This document shows positions 24,055-36,500 of a stretch of 64,000 nt of DNA, piece after piece. The notes below the pieces were generated by a model. The model saw nothing but the letters and a program-made list of their open reading frames with translations, was not told the DNA's origin and searched no databases. The DNA is from Azolla caroliniana. Lineage: Eukaryota; Plantae; Polypodiophyta. The stretch's first letter is position 1. Every line of letters starts with the position of its first letter. The stretch is taken from assembly GCA_043228905.1 (NCBI GenBank), contig JBHGNT010000020.1, positions 9,982,001 to 10,046,000 on the forward strand, given 5' to 3'. The position numbers were made by a program, and so were the translations under genes.

Positions 24055-25920
24055 TCATTGTTCACCCAAATTGTCCAAAATAGTTTGTTCAAGAATTTCC
24101 ACTTGTTCTTCCGGTTGTGGTTGTTGCGGCTGTGCTTGCTGCTGCTGCTGTGGTTGCGGTTGGGACTGAGGCTGCTCCGGCTGCTCTGCTTGCTGCTGCT
24201 GCTCCGTTTGTTTCGCTGACTCCGGCTGCTCCGTTTGTCTCTCTGGCTCCGGCATCTCCGTTTGACTGCTTCCGGTCCGGTCTCCTTCCAGTAACGGTTC
24301 CTCATCACTGAGGTTGACCGTAACTGGTTCTCGTTCTTTCTCTCCCCGGATCCGGGACCTCTCATAGCTTTCAAACTGGATCTGCGCCTCCAGCCTGTCG
24401 TCATCCAGCTGAGCTACAAGTTGCCGGACTTGCTCTAATTGGTCTTCTGCCAAGGCTTGAAAGTCTTCGGCAAGCTCATCTCTTATGCCGGTGAAGTCTT
24501 CGGAAGTCAGCATATAGCAATCATCTCCCTCCTTCCGCCGGTTCTCTACGTCAGCCCGAAGCAATTGGAGTTCCGCCGCGTTCGTGGCCCACTTGGTCCA
24601 CCATTTGACGGACCCGTTGTCAATCAAGCTCTTGGTCTGGTTCAACCAGGCCCGCATTATATCTTGGATGCGACTTGCTCCCATTTGAGCTCTGCTTTCC
24701 ACCACTTGTCGCTCCTCCTTCAACTGCTTGATGAGGTTTGCCGTATCCTCCGCCTGCTCTCTGTAGCGCGTCAGCTGCCCTTGATATGTCGTTTGCAGCC
24801 TCTGCAGTACCTCTGCCGCTCTTTCTTTTTCCGCCTGCTGTTGCCTGAGGAGCTCTGTCCGAACCTTCTCCGCCTCTTCCAACCGTCTTCTGTTTTCCGC
24901 TTGTTCCTTGGCGAATGCGGTTGCGGTCCGATCAACTGCTTGTCGGAGCTCATCCGTCCGTTCCTTGTGCTCCGTTTGCAACCGTTTATACTCCCGGTGC
25001 AATTGCTCAAATTCCTCCGTTTTTTGTTTGAGCTTGCCGTTGATCTGGCGATGGTTCCGGTCCTCCCGGTCCTTTACCTGCCGGAGTTCCTCTTTCAGGC
25101 GCTCTACTTCTGTTTCGGCGTTCCTCCGGAGCTTGTCCTTCTCTTGCAGCATTTTCTCCTTTTCCTCCTTGAGCCGGTCGTACGCTTGGTGGCCTTTCCG
25201 TAAGCTCTCCTCGGCCCGGCGTAGATTCTCAGCAGTCTTTTTGAGTTCTGCCTCCGCTGCCGTCTTCAATTCTCTTTCGCGGCTCCTCAGCGCTTCTTGG
25301 GCAGCAAGCTCATCCTTTAAATCCGCAAGCTCTTGGGCTTGTGCCGCATTTCTCTCCGGAACGGTTTCCGTTGCCGGGGTCTGATTGTTATGTACAGGTT
25401 GATCTGTCGCTTTATTCTGTACATTGCCCGGAGTCACCGGTGCTTGGACTTGTGTTGTCAAAGCCACTTGCGCCATTTTCCTTGTGACCCTGTCCAAGTC
25501 TTGTTCAAGGCTCCGGGTGATTTTCTTGTCCGCTTTGCGCAATTGGACGGTTTGGTCCGCGATGGTTTTTCTGAGCACAGCTTCTCGTTGTTCGGCATCC
25601 TTGCGAGCTTCATCCAAGCGCTCTTTGGCTTTATCGATGATGGCCTTGTAGGTGGCGACATCTTCTTCGAGTTTTTGTATCGTCGTGGCACCGTCGGCCT
25701 CTATTTGTATGCCTATAGATAAGAAACATGGGTTGGGCGATGTTTGTGGTGACGCCCCGACTGTCGCGGGAGGGGCCTCTGTCTGTGTTGCTTGTTCTGA
25801 AGAAGGGGGCGGTAGAGCGATCATTGGTGTCACAGTCACCGACGGAGCTGCTGCTCTAACTCGACTCGTTGCGTTTCCGTATTCTGCCAGAGCTCTATGG
25901 CTATCTTGGCCTGTTGACAA
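24055..25920 (-). CDS. Retrotransposon-borne long coiled-coil protein (3' extra ORF); probably an X/Y chimera joined near 25517
   Basis: Open 621-codon frame with E/K/R/Q-rich heptads, a conserved C-terminal domain shared with 22454-23020, and a Q/P/E-rich tail. It lies between pol and the LTR. Confidence 0.65.
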   Translation of the reverse strand: MSTGQDSHRALAEYGNATSRVRAAAPSVTVTPMIALPPPSSEQATQTEAPPATVGASPQTSPNPCFLSIGIQIEADGATTIQKLEEDVATYKAIIDKAKERLDEARKDAEQREAVLRKTIADQTVQLRKADKKITRSLEQDLDRVTRKMAQVALTTQVQAPVTPGNVQNKATDQPVHNNQTPATETVPERNAAQAQELADLKDELAAQEALRSRERELKTAAEAELKKTAENLRRAEESLRKGHQAYDRLKEEKEKMLQEKDKLRRNAETEVERLKEELRQVKDREDRNHRQINGKLKQKTEEFEQLHREYKRLQTEHKERTDELRQAVDRTATAFAKEQAENRRRLEEAEKVRTELLRQQQAEKERAAEVLQRLQTTYQGQLTRYREQAEDTANLIKQLKEERQVVESRAQMGASRIQDIMRAWLNQTKSLIDNGSVKWWTKWATNAAELQLLRADVENRRKEGDDCYMLTSEDFTGIRDELAEDFQALAEDQLEQVRQLVAQLDDDRLEAQIQFESYERSRIRGEKEREPVTVNLSDEEPLLEGDRTGSSQTEMPEPERQTEQPESAKQTEQQQQAEQPEQPQSQPQPQQQQQAQPQQPQPEEQVEILEQTILDNLGEQ

Positions 25921-25976
25921 GCTACTTTAATGTTGGCGGCCATATCTTTTGCCGCACGTGTTGCGTGGTCGAGCTC

Positions 25977-27218
25977 TCAATAAGTTTCGACTAATGCCGT
26001 ATTGAGCTCAGGGAGCTCCATATGGGTGCGACGTTTCTTTGTTGCTCTGTTTCGGCCGATTTTTTGGAGTTTCGGCTCATCGTCTAAAGTTGGCTCATTA
26101 TCAAGAGCCCTTTGAATTGCTTGCTGCTCGGCATGTTCTTGCACCATCCGGGTTGTAGCAGCTACTTGTAGTCTGGCCAAGAAATCAATAAGTTCATATG
26201 TCATGTCGTGTTGCAACAATGCCCCTAGTTCGAAAGCTTCGACAGGCAAGTCGCGCAGAGTGAAGACGTCGTCTTCTGAGAATTTCAACGTCTGACCCTT
26301 TTCGATGTGCCCTTGGGCCATCGCGATTGTTGTATCTGGTGCTACCACCAGAGCCTTTTTAGCCGCCGCGGGGTCAGGTTGTTGGTGCGGCGCGCTGTGC
26401 AGGTCCGTTGGGCAGCGTTTCGTGGTATCCCGCTTAGGGGAGGACATTTCGTCACAGCCATGTTTTTGTTGTGGTCCTCCAGGGTAGGGTGTTGTGACCG
26501 GTGTGCTGGTTTTTTGTTTGTGGTGAGGGGAGGTTATCTTTGATGTCTCCAGGTCGTGTCCCCAGAGTGTGATGTTATCCTCGTCTTGAGTTGTGGACAT
26601 GGCCAGACTTTCTTCCTCTGTCCACTCCTCGTGGGACACCTTGTGTTGTCTTTTCATTTTGGGGGGCGGGGTGGGGAGCGCTAATAGTTGGCGTGGAAAC
26701 TGAGCTTCGGTTGGGTACAGTGCGGCGGTGTATTGGGCCAATACGGGTAAGAATCGTTTCCCTGATTGAAAAGAAACGATGGTCGGTCGAACACCATCGC
26801 CTGTGATGATGCCCCAATCGATTGTGCCGCCTTGGTGAGCCATAATAATCAGCCATGCTTTCTTCTTAGGCATGTTGTATGGGTTGTGCTGGATACAGAC
26901 GTATTCAAGCAAGAAGTGAGCGAGATCTCCAAAGAACTTGTTAGGATCGCCGTGCGTGCGATGAGCTTTGGCAAAAAGGGAGTACTCCCCAAAGTGTTGC
27001 TCCAATGTGTGTTGAGGGGGTGCTTTGATATCATGCTCTCCACCCCTCGATAGGTGAAGGGCGGAACGGATGATGTCGTTGGTGATGGTGCCGGGGTGGA
27101 TCTTTGTGGTGATGGCATGTGCCCGTGGGTGGGCGGGTGCATCGTAGATGTTCAGATACCCTACAAGGTCGTGTCAGGTCAGCTAGTTTCGCAATTCTGT
27201 CGAGACTTCAAACGGCAT
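25977..27218 (-). pseudogene. First 3' extra ORF of element X (env-like position), disrupted at the N-terminus
   Basis: 342-aa open segment including AWLIIMAHQGGTIDWGII, which resembles plant transposon accessory domains. Stops and a frameshift lie upstream. Same strand as pol and downstream of it. Confidence 0.55.
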
Positions 27219-27305
27219 GGTGAAGGGTGAGGAGATAGGTAGAGTAGAAGGCGGTTGCGGCGATGGAGAGCGAGATAGAGCTTGAACAAAGAAACTAGAA
27301 CAGCT

Positions 27306-28150
27306 CAAGGTTGTTAGGTACGTTAGGTACAGTACGGATACCATACGTATATAACGTATTAATACCCGTATAGTACCTCCCAATTTAAAAATACGTTAAA
27401 TAGGTTTTCTTAATATGTTAAATATTTATAAAATACGTATTTTACGTATAGTACGTTAAATACTTCTAGAATTTGAAAATTATTTACCTTTCTAAAAAAT
27501 ATCTATAATCTTGTAAAAAACATCTATTTTTACACAATTTTGTGATGTACAATATAGTTCTACATCCTAAAATGCATATAAGACATTTGAACATTTCACA
27601 TCCTAAAATACTTGTAGTAACATGGATGTCGACATTCCCTTATTCTATACATCAGTGTAAGTGTGTATCATGATGTTCTACTTCAAATTGTAATTATTTA
27701 GAATTATGCCTTCATAGATTGAGGAATCGTCTACGATAATCACACTCATGATAGGTTCCTCTTTTCTTCGTTTTCTTCTTCTTCTTCTTCTTCTTCCATC
27801 TTCTGCGATTATCACACTCAGAGTCAGGACAGGTTTATGTCTTCTTTTCTCTCTTCTTCTTCTTCTTCTTCTACATCTTCTTCATCGTCATCTCTTCTAT
27901 TCTTCTTTCTTCCTTCCGTTGGCTTCTTTTTCACTCAAATATTTTTTTCCTTTTGCTTTTTGTTGGGGTTTTACTTACATTTTCTTTATAAATACATATT
28001 ATACCTATTTTTTTATAAATACGTTAAATACCGTATTGGACAAATGTACATGATATTTGACTGAACAACATTGAGGTATAGTACGTACTATACAAATGAT
28101 AAAGTACTATACGTATTTAAACGTTAAATACAGGTACGTAAACAACTATG
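27306..28150. mobile_element. hAT-superfamily non-autonomous element inserted in element X
   Basis: Perfect 8-bp TSD GAACAGCT (27298-27305 and 28151-28158). TIRs CAAGGTTGTT and CATAGTTGTT, with subterminal TACGT motifs. Confidence 0.88.
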
Positions 28151-28424
28151 GAACAGCTAGGAGAGTTTGGTGCAAGTGTGGAAGTTCTCTCTGTAAGGTC
28201 TGGTTTTGTGGGGGTTTCTCGAATATCGAGGCGAACCCTTAATCCCTAGATTTAGAATCTTGCCTGCCATACTAGGAGTTTAAAGACCACGCGTCGTGTG
28301 AGTCGTTTTAGTACTTGCTTTTCTTAATAACACTTCCTGTCTTTAAATAGTGAGTGGTTTTTTTTGTTTTTTTTGTTTTTTTTTCTTGGTCAGTGGGTTT
28401 TTTTTTTACGTAAGTGGGTTATTA

Positions 28425-30503
28425 TCAGAATTGGGGCATGATGCCCTCGTAATCATTAGTTGTACCTACCTTAGATTGGTCGAGATCCTGACGGTGTTTG
28501 GTAAAAGGGTTTGGTGGTGTCGGCCCGCAGTACGGCTTCAGTCGACACCCGTTGACCCAATGTGGCAGCGCTTCGCCTGCTAGTGTGTTGAGTTGAAAGG
28601 TCCCGTTGTACGTGTCAATGATCCATAAGGGCCTTGTCCTTCTAAATCATAGCTTGCCAAGCATAGCTCCGAGTTTCGTTTGAAATACTAGGACTGGTTG
28701 CCCGATTTCCAATTGCTTGTCCGGGATTCGACAATGTCTATCAACGAAGGCTTTTCTTCGTCGTTGGCCATGTCCCAATTGAGCCATGTTGGTAATGCTT
28801 TGTTCACCAAGTTCGAGTAATTGAATCAGACGCTGGTTTTCGGATTCTGATTCTGTCAAACAATCGACAATCTGAAGTCGGAGGTTGGGGACTTGGAATT
28901 CGATTGGCATTACGGCCTCCAATCCAAATGCGAGCCGAAAAGGCATGGAATCGATACTTGTCTTAAACGTCGTGCAATATGCCCAGAGTGCGCTATGGAG
29001 CTTGTCATCCCAATCTGTGTGATTTTCGTTAACGATTTTCTTAAGGATGGTTTGCAAGGTTTTATTCGTTGATTCGGCAAGGTCGTTGGCTTGAGGATAG
29101 TAGGGGGTGCTTTTCTTATGGACTACGGCATAGTGGGAGTTTAATTCCCGTAGTAAGTGATTGACGAAATGCTCGCCTTGGTCGCTAACCAGCTCAATTG
29201 GGCAACCGAAATGGCACCATAATTGTTCGTAAATAAACTTCGTGGTTGATGTTGTCGTGTTATCACGTAATGCTTTAGCTTCGACCCACTTTGTATAGTA
29301 ATCAGTTGCGACGAGGATATATTTGTTGCTAGTCCGGGTAGCGGGTGGTTTGAATGGGCCTACGAAATCCAATCCCCATTTTTGGAATGGTTCCAAGGGA
29401 AGGATAGGCTGATGGGGCATACGATCGCGCTCGTTTGGTTGACCCATTCATTGGCAGAGGTCACATTGTTTACAAAATTCGTGTGTGTCCTTTTTCGTGG
29501 TCGGCCACCATAGTCCACTTTGCCATATTTTACGGGTTGTAGCATCGCCCGCGTAGTGACCTCCTGCAACACCATGGTGCGCTTCTCGAAGTATGGTATC
29601 CTTTTTTAATTGGCAAACCGTGCGCCTCCATATGTCGTCTGATCCTTTGTGATACATTGTGTCGATGTAGAGGCAAAAGTTACGACTCTGAACTGCCAAG
29701 CGTTTCTTGGTGTCAAGGGAAAGGTGTTCCGGAGGAAGGCCCGTGCTAAGAAAATGGGTCATTTCAGTGATCTAGGCATCCTCCGAGTGGGACTCCATGG
29801 ACGTTTCGTCGATAGAGAATAGAGCGGCATCCAGGAAGTCATTGTATTCCTGGTCTAGTGGTTCTCTTGTTTCAAAACAGTTGAGGTAATCTGCGACCGC
29901 GTGTTGTACTCCTAGGCGATGTTGAATGTCAAAATCGAATTCCTGAAGTAGTAACATCCATCGGGCTAACTTGCCCGTTAGTGCTTGCTTATTAACCAGA
30001 TAGAGTAGTGTCGAGTGATCCACATGGAAAGTAAATTTTCGGCGGAGCAGATAATGCCGAAATTTAGAAATATTGTAAATCATGCCGAGCGCTTCTTTTA
30101 CGGTCGTGGAGTAATTCTTCTCGGCGTGTGAGAGGCGGCGACTAGTATAGTGCACCGGACGAAACCAGTTCGGTGGCGTTCGCTGCATTAGGGCGATGCC
30201 GATCGCAATGTCGGATGCATCCACAAATACGTGAAAAGGTTGTGTCCAATCTGGAGGTTGGACGATCGGGGCGTGGGACAACATGACTTTCAAGTATTGA
30301 TACACCATGTCTTCACGTTCCGTCCACCGAAAGGGCACCATGTGAACCGCGGCGTGTAATGGAGTGGCAAAATCGGCAAGGTATCGGAGAATACGATTGT
30401 GCAACCGTATTTGGCCCAGGAATCTGTTGAGAGATTTAGCCATGGTCAGAGCCGGGGTGTGTAAGATGGCTTGAACTTTGGCGGGATCCATCGCGATGCC
30501 ATC
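28425..30503 (-). pseudogene. Truncated pol of non-chromovirus (Athila-like) Ty3 element X: end of RT, RNase H, integrase
   Basis: [30 protein letters not shown] and STPYYPQAN motifs plus a GPY/F-like C-terminus. No chromodomain and no extra RNase H visible. Contains stops. Confidence 0.88.
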
Positions 30504-30539
30504 TTTGGCGGGATCCATCTTTATAAAGTGTATTTTTTT

Positions 30540-30628
30540 GGACATAGGGGTAGTTAGGTAAATTTGGAACTTCCAGGGGCATTCTGGTAAATAGACGAAC
30601 TTCCAGGGGTATCTTGGTACTTTTCCCT
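30540..30628 (-). mobile_element. Mutator-like TIR remnant
   Basis: Minus strand begins GGGAAAAGTACCAAGATACCCCTGGAAGTT with internal repeats. Similar TACCCC-rich ends occur at ~38050-38180 and 54512-54816. Confidence 0.4.
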
Positions 30629-31527
30629 TTTTTATATTATATGGACAATAAAGAGTTGGTGCCAGGAATCCTAAACTTGGTATGATGGGGGAGGTGCTCA
30701 TGCATATTGTACTTGTGTATGGACACTATCACATGGATAATAAAGAGATGACACTTGGAATCCTAAACTTAGTGTGAGAAGGATGTTGTCATGTGTAATT
30801 TTCTGTCATTGTCCCCTACCATTACTGGTTAACCATTCCTGGAATTAGTTTCTGATTCAATACCATGCTCATAGGATTATGTTTGTGCTAATATTGGGCT
30901 TTTTAATTGGATTCAACAATAGTTTGTTCTTAGTTCATAATGGTTGTTTTTCTGTTCTTAGTTCATAATGGATGCTTTGAGTAACTAATTTAGTTATTGT
31001 TGTTTCTCAAAATTGAGACAACATTTTAGAATGTAATCTCCCATTTTGGTTTCATAGGCCAATTTAACCTATTTTAACATATCTTTCTTTCTCCGAAGTG
31101 TTTATAACAATTTGGAATTATGGTATTGCATAATGTTTGCCATTGGTCATAATGGTTGTTTTTCAATTCTTAGTACTTAGTTAACTTGTAATGAAGGATC
31201 TTGTAGTGATTATCTCAAGAAAAGTGATTGAGTAATTGCTTTGAGTAACTAAATGTCTCATAATGGCTATTTTTCTGTTCATAATGGATGCTTTGAGTAA
31301 CTAATTTAGTTATTGTTGTTTCTCAAAATTGAGACAACATTTTAGAATGTAATCTCCCTTTTTGGTTTCATAGGCCATTTTAACCTATGTTAACATTTCT
31401 TTCTTTCTCTGAAGTGATTATCTCAAGAAAAGTGATTAAGTAATTGCTTTGAGTAACTAAATGTCTCATAGTGGCTATTCTTAGTTCATAATGGTTGTTT
31501 ACTAAATCATTGTGGTCAATTTTTAGA

Positions 31528-33044
31528 TTCTTCACTTCTAGGATCATCTAGATTCACACAAGAGGTGCTTCAAAGAGCGTCTGAGAACTACTTACAATAT
31601 TTAATTAAGTACCAAGAATCGTTAAAGTCTATTCCATCTCGCATAGCAATGTTTTTTTATCCCAGGTAATGCTTACCTTTATGTCTTACAATTTTCATCA
31701 TGATTTCTAATTTTTTATTTGAGTTTAAAACCTTTTTATTTGTTATACAGATTGCCTCTTCCAAATAATCATACAGAAATAGAGTTAGATATTAAGTTGG
31801 TTGAAAGCATGATTGAATCCCAGTATCACTCGTTCTCGAGTGATGTCGAACCACCTTTGGCTTCAACCACAATACATCAAAATGATAACAACTCTAAAAT
31901 TTGGAGGTTAATGGGTGTAAATAATTTCACGGTCAAAATTTAAGTACTTTATAAGACTACCTTCGGCTAGCAGAGACAAGGATCCTTTACCGTGGTGGAA
32001 TGATAATAAATCTGCAATGCCACAACTATATAGGATGGCATGTGATTACCTCACTATACCAGCATCATCAGTATCTGCTGAAGAGGCTAATTCAGTAGCA
32101 AAAACTATCTTTGATAATAGGATTAAACTACATTCATGCACTTTCAAAGCTAAAATGTGTATTCAATCATGGATGGATGTTTTAAAAGAACCTAATGTTC
32201 AGTTGACAAATCATTTTCACACCACTTATGAAGAACTAACAATGAATTTGGATGATCTTGTTGCGAAAGACGAGGTTATAGATTACATATTACATGATAG
32301 TAAAGGAAAATTAAGGTTCGCATACTTGTTACTTGGTTGTTTTTTATTTGAGTCTTTACTTAAATTATTTTTATTACTAATTACTTGTTTTATGTATTTT
32401 ATATGTATAGGAATCATATTGATTCTTGACAAGTTAATGAAAATGGTGGTTGCAATTGGAGATCCTCAAAGTCATTGTAATTTTTACTACATACTTTTTA
32501 CTATTTTCTTTTTTATTCGATTCTTTAAATTTTTTATTACTAATTACTTAATTCTTTTACATATTTTATACTTTCAGGAATCCCTTATTCAAACATTGGA
32601 AACAAAAAGAGGAACATTCATTTACATATATGGTCCTATGGATTTGGAAATGCTTCATTTGAAGTATGAACTCTATTATATGGATTGTTGTTCTTAAGTT
32701 ATACAGATTTGAAGTTTGAACTCTATTATATGGATTTTTGTTATCATTCCAAAAAACATGTTATAATTTTGGAAAACATGTTATAAATTTTTGTTTATTT
32801 TATGATGTTCTAGTCTTTGGTTTGGTTCAATTTATAGTTCCGTGTTGGTCAATGGTCGGATTATGTAAAAAACAATTTGGTTTGGTTTTGATATATAATA
32901 AACTGGTTTGGTTTTGATTTTTGATAAACCGGCTCAGTTTGGTTCTAAATTTTTGTAAACAGTTTGGTTTCCCCTACCTTTTAAACGGTTTGGTTTGGTT
33001 TGGTTTGGTTTCAAGCTCAAGAAACCGAACCGCACCCATTACTA
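31528..33044 (+). mobile_element. hAT transposase relic (C-terminal dimerisation domain) with right TIR
   Basis: DPLPWWNDNKSAMPQLYRMACDYLTIPASSVSAEEANS at ~31980-32100. GGTTT-rich subterminal region. Terminus GAAACCGAACCGCACCCATTACTA ends at 33044. Confidence 0.8.
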
Positions 33045-33569
33045 GCACAAAGGAACACATACACACCACACTATATTTAAAAAAATTCTTTCAATAGGTT
33101 TGTTAAAAGCAGATGTCTTGGCAAGGGGTTAACAATCATTTGGATGTTTGAGAATCCTACACATTCTAATGTGGTTGCCCATTTATAGAAAATTTTGCAT
33201 AAACTTTATGAAATTAATTTCCATATCATTAAATTACTCATAGAAAGAATAACCGCTCGACTTCAATATCATGGATATAAGTTAGCGGAGCAGATCACTC
33301 ATAAAAACCTTGTACTAAGGTACAAACAAAGACAATTGAATTATATGAAAAACAAACACATAATCTTAATGGTCCAGCACATGGAGCTGAGAATTTACTG
33401 AACTGCTTTAAACAGTATGGTTTATATTATTGAAAGAGTTTGATTGGCCGCCCATTTCTGATATCTTTAAGTATACTAACCCTTATTGTTTGTTTTGACA
33501 AAGATAATAAGTGAATAACATGCAAGTATGTTGATAAGAGTAGCTAAATACATGTAAATAATGAAAATT

Positions 33570-36500
33570 TTATATACAATGAAACCCTTGGCTGCGAGCT
33601 TCTTCAACGGCAGTTCGTAGTACATGTATAACAGCAGCTGGATCCTGTGAACCAAACACAGAACTCCCTGCAACTATGCAATTTGCCCCTGCATTGGCAG
33701 CTGCTTCAATAGTTGAAGGGCCAAGTCCTCCATCAACCTATTAAGGGTCACATCAATGTAATCATAATTTAATGACACTGTATTTTAAGTTTGTGAACAT
33801 AAAAAACACATATACCCGTGACAGTTCACGTAATCAACAAAAAATCAATTTTAACATCAAAATGTATATATATACCTATAAAGGTTCATACCATGCAATT
33901 ATGATGATTATATACAGTAAAATAAACTGATAATATATGTCAAATCAAAATTATGTTTTTAAAATGAATATATATATATATATATATCTTACAATTAAGT
34001 TCGCATGTAATTATAATCATCATACAGCAAATAACGATAGCTTATTTAATATCAACATATATACCTATACAGATTCACGTCATGCAATTATAATCACTTA
34101 TACGAAATCAAAAACTGTGTTTTAACTATTATGGTAAAAGATCTGAGAAGATGCATGCCTCAATGTTAAGCCATGGGAACATTTTCCTTAAAGTTTTGAC
34201 CTGACAAAGAAAAAAACTTAATATCAGCTAATTTTACTTGCTTGATATACTTAGCTAAACCTCTTGAGAGAGGAACCATAATAGAACCAGTCAGAACAAA
34301 TAACTTACTTTAGCCATCATTTCTGGCATGAATTTCTGTCCACCAAAACCGGGCTCCACCGTCATCACTAGCACCAGATCTACATGCTCTTCACTTTCAA
34401 GCTGTTCAAACAGTCATCAATTGTTTATGTATGAAAAAAACTACAATGGGATGATCATGAGCAAAGCCATGAAATAGGCAATTCTGCAAACCAGTTACAT
34501 GTTCTTCACTTTGAAGCTGTTAAAATTGTATCAGTTCTTTACATAAGATACAAGTTCTAACGATGAAACAGTGAAACACTTGGAAATGGTAAAACTTCAT
34601 CACATGGAATCAGCTAGAGCATGAAAATTTGTTCATATGTGCATGTTCAAATATACATCTGAAATTTCAAATATAGGAAAAAAAAAGCAGAACATCTAGA
34701 TGATCAGACCAGACCATACACATATGAATAAAATGTTACATAGTAAAATGAAATTCAACTTATGTAGCTATTTGAAGACATCTTCTTCCATGCACTAGCA
34801 TTAAATTGTTTCCTTTGAATGGATTCTTCTAGAAACAAAATATTTATGAGGATGAGGGCATTTAGGGCTTAAAAAGCTCGGCTCTAACATTGATTCCAGA
34901 AAAAGCTACACCAAGAAACAATCAACAATATCAGAATGAATAATTGTAAATAATGTCGCACAGATGTTTGCAGCACAATAGCACATTTCCATGTGGGAAA
35001 AAGATGGTATTCAGAAGAGAACTTGGAGAAATATTACTTAGGTTTCATTATCATTTTGAGAAATAAGCCTTTTATAATAGATTGTATAAGGGCTACCTTT
35101 TGCTAGACAATATTAAATATTCACCAGCTGCGTGCATGTGGTTGAAATTATCAGTGAACACAATGGCTAAATGATTGTTAAAATGAGGACTATAAGACCT
35201 TCAATTGAAATTACTGTTACTAGCCTCTTCACCATGTGTGTGCGTGTATACATTGTGATCTTACCAATGGGAAAACCTCCTCGATTGGAGTGCCAGGCCT
35301 TAATGCAACCCCTGCTTGCATTCCAGAAGATTTGATACTCTTCAAGAGATCTTTCCATCCATCTGTAAATCAATATGTAATTGAATGAATCAAGATAAAC
35401 CCCCAGGTGACATTATAGAGCTTGGAAGCCACCTTTTACAGCTTCAACATGAAACGTAAATCCAGAAGCTCCAGCTTTGGCAAAAGGGGCCACATAATCT
35501 GACGGATTAGTGACCATAAGGTGGCAATCTAGAAAAGCACTGGAACAAAATAAACTTGTGAAAAAAAAACTAATGTATGTCATATATTTTTTATCGTTCA
35601 AAAGTAGCCTATTATGACTTACTCAGTATGCTTTCTTAAGCTCTGTATGACAGGGGCACCAATTGTTAAATTTGGAACAAAATGGCTGCAAAGTATTGAG
35701 CAAACCCATCAACCCTCAAAACACAACAAGGTCTTCACAAGAGCTGAGTATTTAGCTATATCAAATCCATATCCTTTATTTAAGCACAACATGAGCTCTG
35801 TCGAATATGTTTCTGACCCATCACACCTTAAAATTCAATTTAAAGATAGTACTTTACAGAGACAAACCAGAACAAACCCTATTCATATCCACGTAGATTA
35901 AACTTCAAACAAAATCACACTGCTTGCAAAGGCTTGAAAACCACCTAGAGTCACAAGTATACATACCCATCCTGCACAAGAACATGCACAAGAAGTTCTA
36001 TCAGTGAAAGCATATAGATTAGAATCTTAATGCAGTGCAGTGGCACTCCAGATGTATGGATATCCAAATCAAAGTTCCAGATATTCACCTCATTAAATTG
36101 CAGTACCAATACTTATAAACATGCAACTGGCTTATATTTTCTGATTGTATAATGCACATGAGTGCAACAAAAAAGCAATCAATATGAATGAGTGGGCGCT
36201 TTCTATGATCTACCAAAGTCATTATTTTTCCCAATATCTCTGTGTCAATCCATTAAAAGATCAATTGTACATGCAGAAAAGACTTTTACTTATAGATTGT
36301 AGTTCCTAGTTTTTTACAACATAGCCAACTCAGAAATAGTAAGTAGAAAAAAAGATGTAATTACAACTTTGGTCTTTTCAACATAATCCATGGTTCACCT
36401 CTAATTATTGTTGCCTAGAGAAGAGTATGAACCGGAGGTGTGAACGAGAGTCCTGGATAATGGATAATTAGGAATATTATATTAAGTAATGACGGATCCA

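Noticed and set aside
24439-25722. Overlapping plus-strand ORFs
   Set aside because: They are antisense to the coiled-coil ORF and explained by its codon bias.
30504-30701. N-terminus of the 309-aa ORF 29772-30701
   Set aside because: It is chance read-through of Mutator-like and flanking DNA into the truncated pol.
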